Of a DNA stretch of 64,000 nt, positions 1 to 11,370 are shown in pieces. The stretch is from Lama glama (lineage: Eukaryota): assembly GCA_028534125.1 (NCBI GenBank), contig CM052849.1:18414001-18478000 (forward strand), written 5' to 3'. Every line of letters begins with the position of its first letter. The first letter of the stretch is position 1. A model generated the notes under the pieces. That model worked only from the letters and a program-made list of their open reading frames with translations. It did not search any database and had not been told where the DNA came from. The position numbers were made by a program, and so were the translations under genes.

Positions 1-670
1 CCGCATCAATTCGGAAACACCCAGCACGTCTGCTGTCGGGCGCCATCCAAAGTTATGAGGGGCGTAGGGAAGGGTCACTGTACACTGATAAAGAGATGGT
101 CGTTTTTGGCCACACTGACCACCCTTGTTGACTGCTCTCTTCCTCGGTTGATGACAGCCGACGTTTGTTTGTGTAAAAGATTGAATTCTGCGGGATCTTC
201 GTTGGCTGTAGCTTTGCTTGGATCCCAGGAGTCCTTCAGTGTCACTTGGACGGAGTGTCACGTTGCTGTCCATTCTCCTGTTTATGTCTGACAATTGTCT
301 AGAGTCTGACCAGTGAAGACATCGAAGGTGCGGGCGTGACTGGGGGAGGGGGAAGCTGCTCCTGTCTGCAGGAGGAATTTGCTGGAGGTCAGCGCAGCCA
401 TGGATGGCTTCTCACTCTGACAACTCTTCCATCGTTGAGCAATCTCGTACCTCGAGGGGCTCAAACAACAGACATGTGGATAATGAATATGTGGCAGAAA
501 TATAAATAGGATGTAAGATTTGTAATACATGTGTCTGAGAGTCGTGAAGTCACTGACACTCTTTATATAGCTGTAGAAATTTTATTTTTTGTTGTGAATG
601 CTAAAAATTCCACCAAGCCTTAGCCACTTTTTCCTGAAACCAGCTCACAAGGATGAAGAATTTATTAGGT

Positions 671-1102
671 TTCTTTCCACCCGCTTTCTCCCCTGGTTAC
701 CATAATTTTATTTTCTATGTCTGTAGGTCTGTTTCTGTTTTGGAAATAAGTTCATTTGTGTCTTTTTTTTTTTTTTTTAGATTCCACAAATAAGTAATAT
801 CATATGAAATTTTTCTTTCTCTTTCTGGCTGACTTCCCTTAGTACGACAATCTCCAGGTCCATCAGTGTTGCTGCAAATGGAAGGGATAAATGGGGAGTT
901 CGAGATTTTCAGATACCAAGTGCTGTATATAGAATTAGGTAATTTTTACTGTATAGCACCGGGAACTACATTCAATATCTTGTAGTAACCTGTAATGAAA
1001 AAGAATATGAAAAGGAAAATACATATGTACATGCAGGAATGAAACAGGATGCTGTCCACCGGATATTGACACAAAATCGTAAACTGACCAGACTTCAATA
1101 AA

Positions 1103-1133
<31 letters not shown>
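671..1133 (+). mobile_element. 5'-truncated, 5'-inverted L1 3' end (inverted piece ~671-880 on -, non-inverted piece ~881-1133 on + with (AAAT)n tail)
   Basis: Reverse complement of 671-880 is the L1 ORF2 end/3'UTR (ccatttgcagcaacactgatggacctggag...ggggagaaagcgggtgg). 881-1133 continues the same 3'UTR (aagggataaat...cttcaataaa). Candidate TSD AAGAATTT(T)AT at 656-665 and 1133-1143. Confidence 0.85.
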
Positions 1134-1134
<1 letters not shown>

Positions 1135-1432
1135 GAATTTTATACCCAGATGGATATACCTTTTATTCCCAGATGACTGAATTAGATTTAAGGTAGCAAA
1201 AGTCACTTGAGTTCACATTTGTCACAGAGAAGATTTTGAGAACGTATTTTTTAAGTGAATTATTATTGTTATTATGACTATATTTTGCAGTACAGAGCTG
1301 AGCACAGAAATGGAGAAATGAGACGTGGTTAGAGAGGCGAGAGCCAGACGTACACGTCTGGCAAAGTGCAAAGCTGGGGTGGCTCCATCTGGAGTCACTG
1401 GCCCTTTGTGCCTAACACTCGCCTTCCTGCAG

Positions 1433-1505
1433 GTGGAACGCCTGGGAACGTCCTGGCTCGTTACTAAGACTGAAAACATCTCACGACTTCGGAACAGTAA
1501 CCCAG
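1433..1505 (+). other. Candidate 73-nt internal exon of an unidentified transcript
   Basis: Branch-point-like CTAAC at 1412-1416, pyrimidine tract and acceptor gccttcctgcAG|G, donor CAG|GTGAGC. Two of three frames are open, but neither peptide is recognised. Confidence 0.35.
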
Positions 1506-1885
1506 GTGAGCTTTGTGTTTCTGGCTGGCGTCCTTTTTTCTCAGTTTTGAAGGTGGTTCTTGGAGTTGATGGTGCTCACCTGGAAGTAGAAAAAAAGGTC
1601 ACTGACGGTAGCTTCACATCAAAGTATCCAACAGGCAAACAAGTTATGGCTCTTGTTGCAAAGGCCATTTACTGAATCCTCTTGTCTCCACTGTCTTCCC
1701 CGTTCCCTGAGTGCACATCCTGTAGGCGCTGCTCAAGGGGGCAGGCCAGCGTGCCACCCTGGACAACGCCCTCCCCCGCTCCGCAGTCACCGTCAACACA
1801 CGGGGCATTCAGCGTGGGGTTTGGTGCCTGTTGCCATGTGTTTTGTTATGGTCTGTTATCTTCTTCTCTAGGCCATAAACACTTT

Positions 1886-2192
1886 ATGTTATTCTATTTT
1901 ATTTTGTTGTTTTTTATTGATGTATAGTAGGTTTACAATGTTGTGTTAGTTTCTGGTGTACAGCATAGTGAGTCATTGATACCTATATGTTCTTTTCCAT
2001 ATTTTCCTTCATTATAGGTTATTACAAGATACTGAATATAGTCCCTTGTGCTCTACAGTAGGGCCTTGTTGTTTATTTTATATGCAGTAGTTTGTATCTG
2101 CTAATCCTGACCTCCGACTTCATCCCTCCCTCCCCACCCCTTCCCCACGGGTAGCCGTAAGTTTGTTTTCTATGTCTGTGAGTCTGTCTCTG
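1886..2192 (-). mobile_element. L1 3' end (cetartiodactyl type), 5'-truncated
   Basis: Poly(T) tail then gtttacaatgttgtgttagtttctggtgtacagcatagtga...tttctatgtctgtgagtctgt. Candidate TSD ATAAA(A)CACTT at 1875-1884 and 2193-2203. Confidence 0.85.
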
Positions 2193-2209
2193 ATAAAACA
2201 CTTCTAAAT

Positions 2210-2285
2210 TCCCAGTGTTGGAAACAAAGTGATGTTTAATAAACGATTTTGTGTAAATGAGTGAAGGGATCAGTGAATGAATGGG
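2210..2285 (+). mobile_element. L2 3' terminus, degraded
   Basis: aataaacgattttgtgtaaatgagtgaa...tgaatgaatg resembles the L2 tail aataaatatttgttgaatgaatgaat. Confidence 0.4.
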
Positions 2286-2597
2286 AAATTGCATGAGGGC
2301 TTGAGTTTGCTTTCTCCGGTGGTTGAACGGGGATGCTGCAGTCTCGGAAGGTGGTAGCAAACGTCATGCAAAGCTGTCTTCTGCCTCCTTTTCAAGTTTG
2401 ATTTCAAAGGGAAAAAAGTGGCCAGGCAATCTGATGCCTCCTGTTTCAAGATCTGTATCCATGTCGGCGCCCATTACAGCTGTTGAAAGAGACGGGAAGT
2501 CTGCCCCTCATTTAAACTGTGGTGCTTCTGGAAGTCGCAGGTGCTGAACAGTTTCAAAATCCAAGTGAAAAATACTTGGAAAAGAGCCCTTACTTCG

Positions 2598-2905
2598 TAG
2601 CTGGCTTTCAACTGCGCGAGACAGAACTCCTGCTTCACAGTGGCTGAAACAGTAGGGGACTGTTATCTCTTATAATAAGAAGTCCAGATGTAGGTAGTTT
2701 CATGGTTGGCTAATTCTGCAGCAAAATAATGCCTCCCAGAGGCTTTCTCTGTCTTTCCATTCAGCCACATCAGTAGGCTGACTGCCTCATGATCTCAGGA
2801 TGGCTGCAGAGCATCCAGACATCACAAATACATACAACTCTTCCAGCAAGAGGGGACCTTGCTTTCATGCACCTCGTTTTAACCATGGAAGAAGATTCCT
2901 TCCCA
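2598..2905 (-). mobile_element. ERVL-MaLR LTR fragment (MLT1J/K/L-like)
   Basis: ctttcaactgcgcgagacagaac...agaagtccagatgtagg...aggatggctgcagagcatccagacatcaca matches old MLT1 LTRs in antisense. Confidence 0.6.
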
Positions 2906-3369
2906 TGATGTGAAAATTACCTTCAAAAAGAAACCCGTAATTCTGTCTGGTTATTTCATTTCCTAATTTGTTGCCTGGGCAATAATGTTGTAATCGACAC
3001 CCCTGCATTCCCACGCAGGATCAATACTTGTAAAATTAAAAAAAAATACGTATTTTGTTGGACTCTGAGTGATTGAGTTGTAATATTTTTAAAAAGAAAA
3101 ATGCAAATGGTGGTCATTGTTTTGATTTGTGAGGCTGAATTTCTTCTCTTTAGATGGGATAAAAGGAAATAAGGAAAAGAGCTTTAACCCAAGTAACACA
3201 AATATGAGACATTTTTAACATTTCAGTATCCTTTCTTCTTCCTGCTATTACTTTGGAACCCACATGGGCTGTAAGAAGCCCCTTTTTCCCCCCTTTGAAT
3301 TATATTTTATGCCTGGCTAATATCCCTGTAAAACTCTTCTCAAAATGTGAATAATTATCTCTTTGGATG

Positions 3370-3386
3370 ATTGGATAAAAAGATGT

Positions 3387-3430
<44 letters not shown>

Positions 3431-3883
3431 GAATACTACTCAGCCATAAAAAAGAATGAAATAATACCATTTGCAGCAACATGGGTGGACCTAGAGATGA
3501 TCATACTAAGTGAAGTAAGTCAGACAAAGACAAATATATGATCTCACTTATATGTGGAATCTAAAAATATGATACAGATGAACATATTTACAAAACAGAA
3601 CCAGACTCACAGACATAGAAAACAAACTTGTGGTTACCAAAGGGGAAAGGGGGTGGGGAGGGGTAAATGAGGAGTTTGAAATTAGCAGATACAAGCTACT
3701 ATGCAGAAAATAGATAAACCACAAGGTCTTACTGTATAGGACAGGGAACTATATTCGCTATCTCATAATCACCTATAATGAAGAGTAATATGAAAAAGAA
3801 TATACATGTATAACTGAATCACTATGCTGCACACCAGAAAGTAATACAACATTGTCAATCAATTCTACTTCAATAAAAAAAAA
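3370..3883 (+). mobile_element. L1 ORF2 C-terminal remnant plus 3'UTR and poly(A)
   Basis: gaatactactcagccataaaaaagaatgaa... encodes EYYSAIKKNEI.PFAATW.DLE.IILSEVSQT. Ends acttcaataaaaaaaaa. Confidence 0.92.
3389..3428. repeat. (AC)20 microsatellite inside L1
   Basis: Perfect dinucleotide run. Confidence 0.95.
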
Positions 3884-5863
3884 TTGTCACTCTTCACTGG
3901 CTGTCATTGGCTGTGACACACGGGCTTACAGAGGGGGAGGGTACTGGGCTGCAGACCCGATGGCTATGAGTAGATCCCAAAGTGCACACAGCACAGAAAT
4001 TTGCAGCTCTCTGCATCCTGCCAACGTTGGGCCCAACACAGTGTCAACAATATAATGTGCCAAGTGCCCGAACGAATTGTTTAGGCATGAGGCTGTTGAG
4101 AGATGGGCTTTGCCTGTGTTTTCTGCTCTTCTTTTTTATCTGTGAGCCTAAACTTTCTCCAAAAATATATAATCGGCTAATTTTAAAAAGTGTTCATAGA
4201 CTTGATGGATTCTGTCGTAAAAGACAGGAAAAAAACCTCTCGTAATTTGAAGTTTCTGTGAACTATCATTGTGGAGAAATATGAATGATCAGAGTACAAA
4301 CCACACAATAAAGAGCAGTGTCAGTGAAGTGGGAGGGGTTAGAGAGTCTGTGTGTTCCCACAGGTCATGGGGCCAGAGGAGACACAGGGCACCTAGTGGA
4401 CTTGTCCTGTGGCCACCTCGGGCCACCAGAGAGCACGCAGAGGGCGATGTTCCTTGAAATGACTTATGTTTGTGTCACCGGGAAGCAATTCTCAAGAGGA
4501 ATAAACTGCATCTTCTTACGTGGCCAGAAACCATTTTACAGAGTGCCTTGACCTTAAAAACTGGAATAGAGACTGAGTGCAAAGCTCAGCGGTCCACCCT
4601 CGGAAGAAAAATGTGTGCTTCTTTATGGTCTAGAAGAATACTCTAAGATAGACTTTTTTTTAAAAGACCCCACCCACTTTGGATACCACGAAGGTCAAAG
4701 GCAAGTCTCCCTGGGGGTGCTATCCTGTTTGGAAATCCAAAACCAGTCCTTCAGGAGTTTCTATTCGCACAGGTAGGTGTTTTAATCCAGAAAAGTATTA
4801 GAAGCAGTTGAACAGAGGCTAAGATCGCATGGCTGATTAACTTGAGACCCGCTGCTTTTTGGGCAGGGAAAGCGTTGACAGTGGCCGGCGTGGAGACGCA
4901 GAGTCTCCGGGAATGGAGGTTCTGGGGAGAGCGGCCTGGAGGGGAGGGTTCCTTTGAGGAGATTAATCAGTCACTTACTAGGGTGGACGCGATTTTCGGG
5001 AGCGACTAGACGCAGGCGCCACCGGGTGTAACATTAAGATGAGACTCGGCAGGGCATGTGAAGAGCCTGGGAGCATTCCAGGCAGTAAGGGTGCTGTGTC
5101 GGGAACAGGCTTGGTTGAACGTTACCTGTAACTGACCCCGGGAGGTCGAGACCCGCATTTAGAACACGCGTGCCGACAAACCCATAGCTCTCTTGCGAAG
5201 GTCAAGTGGGCTAATGCAGAGAAGTCAGTCTGGGGCACACCGAAAGCACTCGGCACACACTGGTCTTCTTCCCTTCTGCCTCCTCTTCACCCTCAACCCT
5301 TTCTCCCTCCCACCTGACACAGAGACCTCTGTGCACATGGCCTGGGGCAGCTCCGCCTTGACCTCCAGGGCTCTGGGGTGGCCAGAGCGGTCTCCCCAGG
5401 GGAGGACCGCGCGCATGCCGCCCTTGGGGGCGTCTTCGCCGGAGGGCTGCTTCAGCCCTGGTGTCCCGGTGGGTCCAGCGCCGTAGTGCTGGGCCCTGCC
5501 GCTGTCAGGCGGTTCGTAGCCTACGCACGGTTGACAGACACATGTTGAACTGGAAGATTCACCAGTCTCTTGTGGAAAAGAGAGCACCTGAAAAAAAAAT
5601 AATGGAAATGAAATAAAGACGGTTGTCACCACCCCGCCGCCCGAGAGGCAGTGATGCAGGATGAGAGCGACTCCTGCCTGGCCTCCGTTCTCCCAGCGGG
5701 CTCACCGCCCAGGCGCCTCCCCTGCCCTTCCGGCGCCTGTGGGCCTGTAAACAAGCTTGCGACGTAAGAGCAGTTCTCAAAAGGAGGCGTCCTTTCCCAG
5801 TGAAAGCTCTGTACTAGGTGCTTTATGTCTGGTTTAAGTGACCGGAATTTTAAATAATAGGCA

Positions 5864-5988
5864 GGGGGAGGTAATGAGGTTTATTTATTTAGCTGTTTTT
5901 GTTTTTTTTTTCATGGAGGTACTGAGGATTGAACCCAGGACCTCACGCATGCTAAGCACATGCCCTACCACCCGAGCCACACCCTCCC
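5864..5988 (-). mobile_element. Vic-1-type tRNA-derived SINE (camelid)
   Basis: Reverse complement gggagggtgtggctcgggtggtagggcatgtgcttagcatgcgtgaggtcctgggttcaatcctcagtacctcc has A/B boxes, followed by the A-rich tail and aataaacctcattacctccccc. Confidence 0.88.
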
Positions 5989-6743
5989 ACAGAAGCTAGT
6001 AGGTATGGGGGCTTTAGGTTACCGGTGGGGGTACTTAGTCTAAAAGGAAACTTACCAGCACTTTGTAGAGACAGGAGGCAAGCCACCCGCCAAGTCTCAG
6101 CTGGGCGGAGGTGCTGACTGTTGTCGGCAGCCCAAGTCAGTTCACAGAGGTCACCACACCAGGAGAGTAAACCCCACTGGCTCTTGATTCTGGCTGTTTT
6201 AATTTTATTTCCCATGCCACTCGGACATCAGAGGAGGCGATGAAGAGGCACAAGCATTTGGTTTAGGAGATTGGTTGCATAAACGAGCCAAAGGTGGCCC
6301 CTGTGTGTGGGCCCTCCGTCGATAACTTCTTCACAGCAGGCGGAAGCCCGTTAGCTCACAAGCCTGCTGGCACCAAAATCAAATTTCTGTACATCCAATT
6401 GTTTCAAATAGAACCCGATGAAACAGAGTTTTAGCCGTTGACAGCTTGCTGGCTTTGCATAACTCACAAAACCCCAGTCAACATCTGCTGGCCATGAAGA
6501 AGACCCTAAGCCCTCGCTGCCCTTAGGAGCTCTCTGACTCGGAGGTACCTGATCAGGCGCGGAGACACGTCGCCTGGACAGGTGATGTCCTCTCCGGTTG
6601 CCCCCTCCCACAGCAGCTCCCTGGCCACCCTCCCCCTCTGGCCGGCCGGTCCCCCGCACCTCGCAGGAAGGGCCCACGCTCTGAGGGACTTCCTCTACCC
6701 ACAGTCCTGTCCAAGTAGCTCCAGGTAAACTCTACCTGGGTGC

Positions 6744-6762
6744 TGCTGCCACCTCATGGTCG
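6744..6762 (-). promoter_or_regulatory. Candidate CTCF site
   Basis: Reverse complement CGACCATGAGGTGGCAGCA resembles the CTCF core CCASYAGRKGGCRS. Confidence 0.4.
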
Positions 6763-7059
6763 TATATTTTACTTGCTCAGCCCCCAAGTCCCTGGAACAC
6801 ACTAGGGAGATGAGTGGGTGCTGAGTCACAGCGCTCAGGGCTTATTCTGATCCCTCTTTTATGAAGGATTCGGGGTGATCTTCTGATAAGTTGATCCTTC
6901 ATCCATCGCACACCCTCCTCCCAAACACCTGTTAATCTCGTGCCTGGGGGAGACCAGCGGGACCTCCCCGGGCTCCGGGCCTGATGACGGACTTCAGACC
7001 TGACCGTGGGACACAGGTAGTGGTGTCAGGCGGAGGAGGGGGAGGGCGCAGGAAGCTTG

Positions 7060-7460
7060 GGTAACGGCATTAGTGACCCCGCCGTTCGGGTAGACTCCAG
7101 CCTCCTCCCGCGCTGGGCCAGCCATCAGCCCCGGCCTCCGCTCACATCGCTCTGGGTGGGTTCCAGAATCCGCCGCTCACAGCCCTCCGTGGCTCTCTGC
7201 TGCTCGTCTTGTGCTCCCAGTGTCTCACTGGCCAAGAGTCGACCTACAGGATTGCGTGAACCCTGTTGTTTTTCTCTCGTTCGGCCAAACACGCGGTCCC
7301 TCCCCCAGTACCACCCACCTCATCCTTGGCCGGAACCTCCGCTCTGCTCCGTGACCGCTGCGCTCAGCGCGCAGCCGCGAGTCCGTGCGGCAGCCACAGG
7401 GCGGTGCCAGAGCGTCCTCGGGGCCCGCGCTGTTCGTGTCATCACCCATCACCCGGGGCA
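7060..7460. promoter_or_regulatory. Small CpG-rich patch (orphan CpG-island-like)
   Basis: About 17 CpGs counted in 7321-7440 alone. GC-rich, with no repeat recognised. Confidence 0.45.
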
Positions 7461-7994
7461 CAGGGTTTGAAGGAGGCTCTTTCGTTGGGGTCAAGAGACT
7501 GGCTGCTCACCCGCAAGTTACTCATCAAGCAAGATCTGCGCGGTTACTTTGGTAAAATCCAGAATAGATCTCTTTCAGAAGAACTTAATGTTCCCAATTA
7601 TTTAAAAGGCTGTGCTAACACCAATGACAAACGGCATCAACCGGAAGCCAGCTGGACCCCTTCTGACCCGAGGGTCTTCTAGGCTAGGAGGGAGGAGACA
7701 AGGTGGCCCTGAGCAGCTGCAAAGGTGATGGGGGGTCTGCCTCGGCTTTTCTTTGACTGGATCCAGAATCTCAGGGGTCTCCTTGGTAAAGACACTACCT
7801 CTTTAGCTTTTGGACCTGGGGGCAGAGCAGAAGTTAGACGTGGCAGAGAGGGTGAGGCCGCCACTGCTCCAGGCCGACGCTGCGACACAGACCACAAGCC
7901 TCCCAGCGTCCTGCGTCACCCTTACTTTCCTGCCGCCTGGCACAGAGGCCGGCCCGTGCGGGGTCCTCAGTGACCATCGCAGCTGGAACAGCGG

Positions 7995-8420
7995 CCTGTC
8001 TTTCAGAATTAAATGCAGCCTAAGTCTGTGGCAGTCGTCCTCCCGTGTTTTATGGCCTGCAGCACACTGGGTAGTTTTGCTGTTGCTCTAATATCTTCTG
8101 GTATAAAGCAGTCAATTGCCCTGAGTGTGGCTCGGAATATACTGCTCATTAAATTGAGTTCCAGACAAGACTGCAGGGGTATTAGCCTGATGCTCCAGAG
8201 TAGCAGTAAGCCTCAAGGGCACAGTGCAATTATTCATTTGCTAAATAACACAGGCACACAATGGCTTAATTACAGTATTTTGTGGCGAAAATGAATTGTG
8301 GTGATTTCCACATCAGAGGATCCCGTTAATGAGATTTGCTAACTGTTATTGGCGATATTGGGAAATGCCCTTTTGTTTTAAATCATTTCTTGAATTGCTA
8401 ACATCGTTTGCGGGAGAAGA
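7995..8420. promoter_or_regulatory. Candidate conserved non-coding element/enhancer
   Basis: Repeat-free AT-rich block within GC-rich flanks. HOX/CDX-type TTTTATGG near 8049, several TAAT/ATTA cores, SOX-like ACAATGG near 8258, FOX-like TAAATAAC near 8242. Confidence 0.4.
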
Positions 8421-8659
8421 AAGTTCCCCAAAACCTCTTGTGGAGGTGAAATGCCAGTGATTCCGAAAATTCTCAGTGTTAATTTCTTCCCGAGTGGCAA
8501 GGCTTGATGGTGAAAAAAAATAATATGCATCTCTGACATCTTCTGTGTCTGCACACCATCAGCACCAAAGTGCTTACAAGCATCACGGAGCCAAATGAAA
8601 GACTCCAAAGGCGAGGGTTCTTCCCCCCCCCCCCCCGAGTTCACAAACTCAAGCACATT

Positions 8660-8768
8660 AAGGGTCAAGGGTTGCGCCTGTGTGTCCCAGATCTGCCACT
8701 AGTTCCCTGTGTGACCCTGGTCCAGATACGTAACATTTCTGGGCCCCCGTCAACTCGTCTGCAACATG
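8660..8768 (+). mobile_element. MIR fragment
   Basis: cccagatctgccactagttccctgtgtgaccctggtccagatacgtaacatttctgggcc matches the MIR core. Confidence 0.65.
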
Positions 8769-8774
8769 ACTAGG

Positions 8775-9140
8775 TTCATTCACTGATTCAACAAATCTTT
8801 CTCGGCTGTTCCAGGCTCTTCTAGTCACTGGGAATCCAGGAGCAAATGGGACTAGACCGGACTCCTGATTTCCAGGAGCTTTTTTTCTAGTAGAAATGAA
8901 AGACAGTCAGCTTGTAACTGAACCTATACCTGAGACAGTTCAAGCTGCGCCTCAGTTTATGAGGCAAATGAAGTTGGGTGATGTCACTGAGAAATTCCTG
9001 GGCGTTCCCAGTACAAGGAGGGTGGCCAAGGAAGCTTCTCAGAGGACGCCAGCGTGTCAGCAGGAATTTGAAAAATAAGGAGTCAGCTTTAGAGGTTTGG
9101 GAAGAAGAACATTCCAGGAGGCGGGCATAACCAAGGCGGA
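8775..9140 (-). mobile_element. L2 3' region, degraded
   Basis: ttcattcactgattcaacaaatc...ccaggctcttctagtcactgggaatccag is the antisense L2 tail. Confidence 0.55.
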
Positions 9141-9483
9141 GCCCAGGATAGGAGCTCTTCCATCTCTTAAAGTGACGTCGAACAATGCAGTTCAATGGTT
9201 TCCCCGCAGGACGTTCCAAACCAGCATCTTGTCTTTTTCGCGAGTTCCTCACTGGAATCCTAGGTTATCCATTTTCATGGGTTTTATTACCTTGTGCTCA
9301 TCTACACTCAGCTTCCTTTTCTTTCAGTCTTAATTGAGTATGTGTGAATAAATAAAAAAATAAAAGAGAGAGAACACGGCACGTAGTTAAAAAAAGTAGT
9401 ATGTATACACGCATGTCCATGTGTGTGTTTGTGTGGGCGGGTGTTTAAAGCCGATTTCTTGGACTCCATTTACATCATTCTTT

Positions 9484-9609
9484 TCGGGGGGGTTAATTAG
9501 GTTTATTTATTTATTTGTTTCTTTATTTTCATGGAGGTGCTGGGGATTGAACCCAGGACCCTGTGCTTGCTAAGCACGTGCTCCACCACTGAGCCGCACC
9601 CTCCCCCGG
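9484..9609 (-). mobile_element. Vic-1-type SINE with TSD
   Basis: Same body as 5864-5988. TSD TTTACATCATTCTTT (9469-9483) / TTTACATCGTACTTT (9610-9624), 13/15 identical. Confidence 0.9.
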
Positions 9610-10819
9610 TTTACATCGTACTTTATCTGGCAACATCCACCCCTCTTAGCCACTCATTTTGACCAGAACTGGGAAATTCTTCCAGTCGGACCTCTCATCG
9701 GTGCCTGTTTCTTGCTCTCCTCTAGTGACTTGGGATTGCCAGGTGGGATTTAAGGGATAGGATGTACCTGTGAGTTTTAGTCAGTCCTGAGTGTGGAAAG
9801 TGCAAACCTTAGATCCCGGTCCTCGTCGTTTCAGACCCTGCTGCCGGCCGAGGGGTCCTTCCTGCCTGTTGGTCTGTGTTCCAGGAACCTGTGCCGGCAG
9901 CTTTGGGGCGAAGAGTGGCTCAGCCCACCGCCCCGTCCTGGCCAGTGCTCGCCCGGTGTCTGGAGGAACGTGGGAGAGGGTGTGGAGCACTGGGTGTACA
10001 GCTCAGAGAGAGCTCCCCCTTTTCCCCCTCGACTGTCCGCCCACCGCCTTCTAACCTGGGGCAGTTTGCTGGTTGACGGATTGGTGGACCCGTTCATTCG
10101 TTTCTACGTTCACTCCTGCAGGCGTACCTGCCTGCTTGCCTTCCTCGTGCCTGTTCCCTGAGGTCCTACTCGTGTGCCTCATTTCAAGATGTGAACAGTG
10201 GGTGTAATGTCAACCCAGATAATATGTGGTTCTAAAATATCACACAGCCTCACCCGGCGTTCAGAACCCCCCGCGGCTGACCCGACCCCACCCGTCCTTC
10301 CTCCCCTCAGATGTCTTCTACAGGGAAGAGCACCGGGAGGGTCGCCAGCAATGCGTACAGGTGCCCCCCTGTTCTTGCAGATTCACAAAAGAGAGACATT
10401 TCAGTGTCCGTGGTTTGAGATCATTGTCTCTTCCCACCTCTGCTCTCCTCTCTGTCACTCTGTTGCATCTTGTCGGATGGTACTGAAGGGTCTTCGATGA
10501 TTCTGTAGAACCAGTTAAGGGGCAGTTGAGTGAGATATTCATTTAATAGTGGTTTAGTGGGATGTAATTACATAGTCCTCACACGCTTTGAATTGCAGTG
10601 AAGTTTGAATGTCTGTCCTGGGTTGCAACGGCTTCCAGGGACACTCACATCGCTCACTGTGCTGATCTGTCCAGTATCTGAATGTGGATGCACAAGACCA
10701 GAGAGCATGTGGCAGTATTACTGTGACCTCCGTGCTTGGCCCCCGAGTAAAGCAGCCCCCACCCTGTGAAGTCAGGTTGGAAGGGAGCAGAGCCAGAGGT
10801 CAGTCTTGTGGGGGGGAGA

Positions 10820-11370
10820 ATCTTCCAAATCTACAGAATAAGCTTATAAATCTTAGGGAAACCTGAGGGAGCTTTTCCTATATTTAATAACAGTACCAGA
10901 ATTTGCATGATACTGTGAATAGAGGGTTTTGTAGGTGAAAGAAACTGGTCTAAACTAACACCACCACCACACACACACACAAAAATCAAATTTCCATGAG
11001 CCATGCTAGAGAATACACCAGATTGTCTTTCTTTCCTTTGTGCAGAAAATTACACTACAAATGTGCTGTCCCTGGAAGAGATTATCAGAGCGTGCAGCCC
11101 CAAAATGCAGAGAAATAAAAGTATTACAGAGACATGTGAGGCAGTTAATTAATAAAAGCATTTATGGTGTATTAAAAATTTTGTGGTGTTGGTGACAGTT
11201 TAATCAGCTTTTAAAATATTAGAATTTCTTGTGATTTATTTTCTAAATCCAAATAAACATTTATTTCCATGCCTAATTTTGTATTCATACTTTTACATTA
11301 TTTTTCTTAGAGAGCACCCTACCTGCCCCGCCACAATAAGGTCAGGTCCTACGAAAGCTGGATTTGCCCT
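10820..11370 (+). mobile_element. hAT-Tip100 (Zaphod/MER115-like) DNA transposon 3' part with transposase dimerisation-domain remnant
   Basis: Translates GERNWSKL (from 10934) and MLENTPDCLSFLCAENYTTNVLSLEEII (from 11003), resembling the hATC ERSFSKL...MLEERL.YLS.L.IEN motif. Ends ctggatttgccctg. Confidence 0.65.

Noticed and set aside
4385-4400. CTCF-like motif (also at ~22685 and ~54945)
   Set aside because: Mismatches at core positions make it too weak to call.
5913-5988. tRNA-like sequences (also at ~9530, ~40480 and ~54565)
   Set aside because: They are SINE heads with diverged A/B boxes, SINE tails and in two cases TSDs, not tRNA genes.
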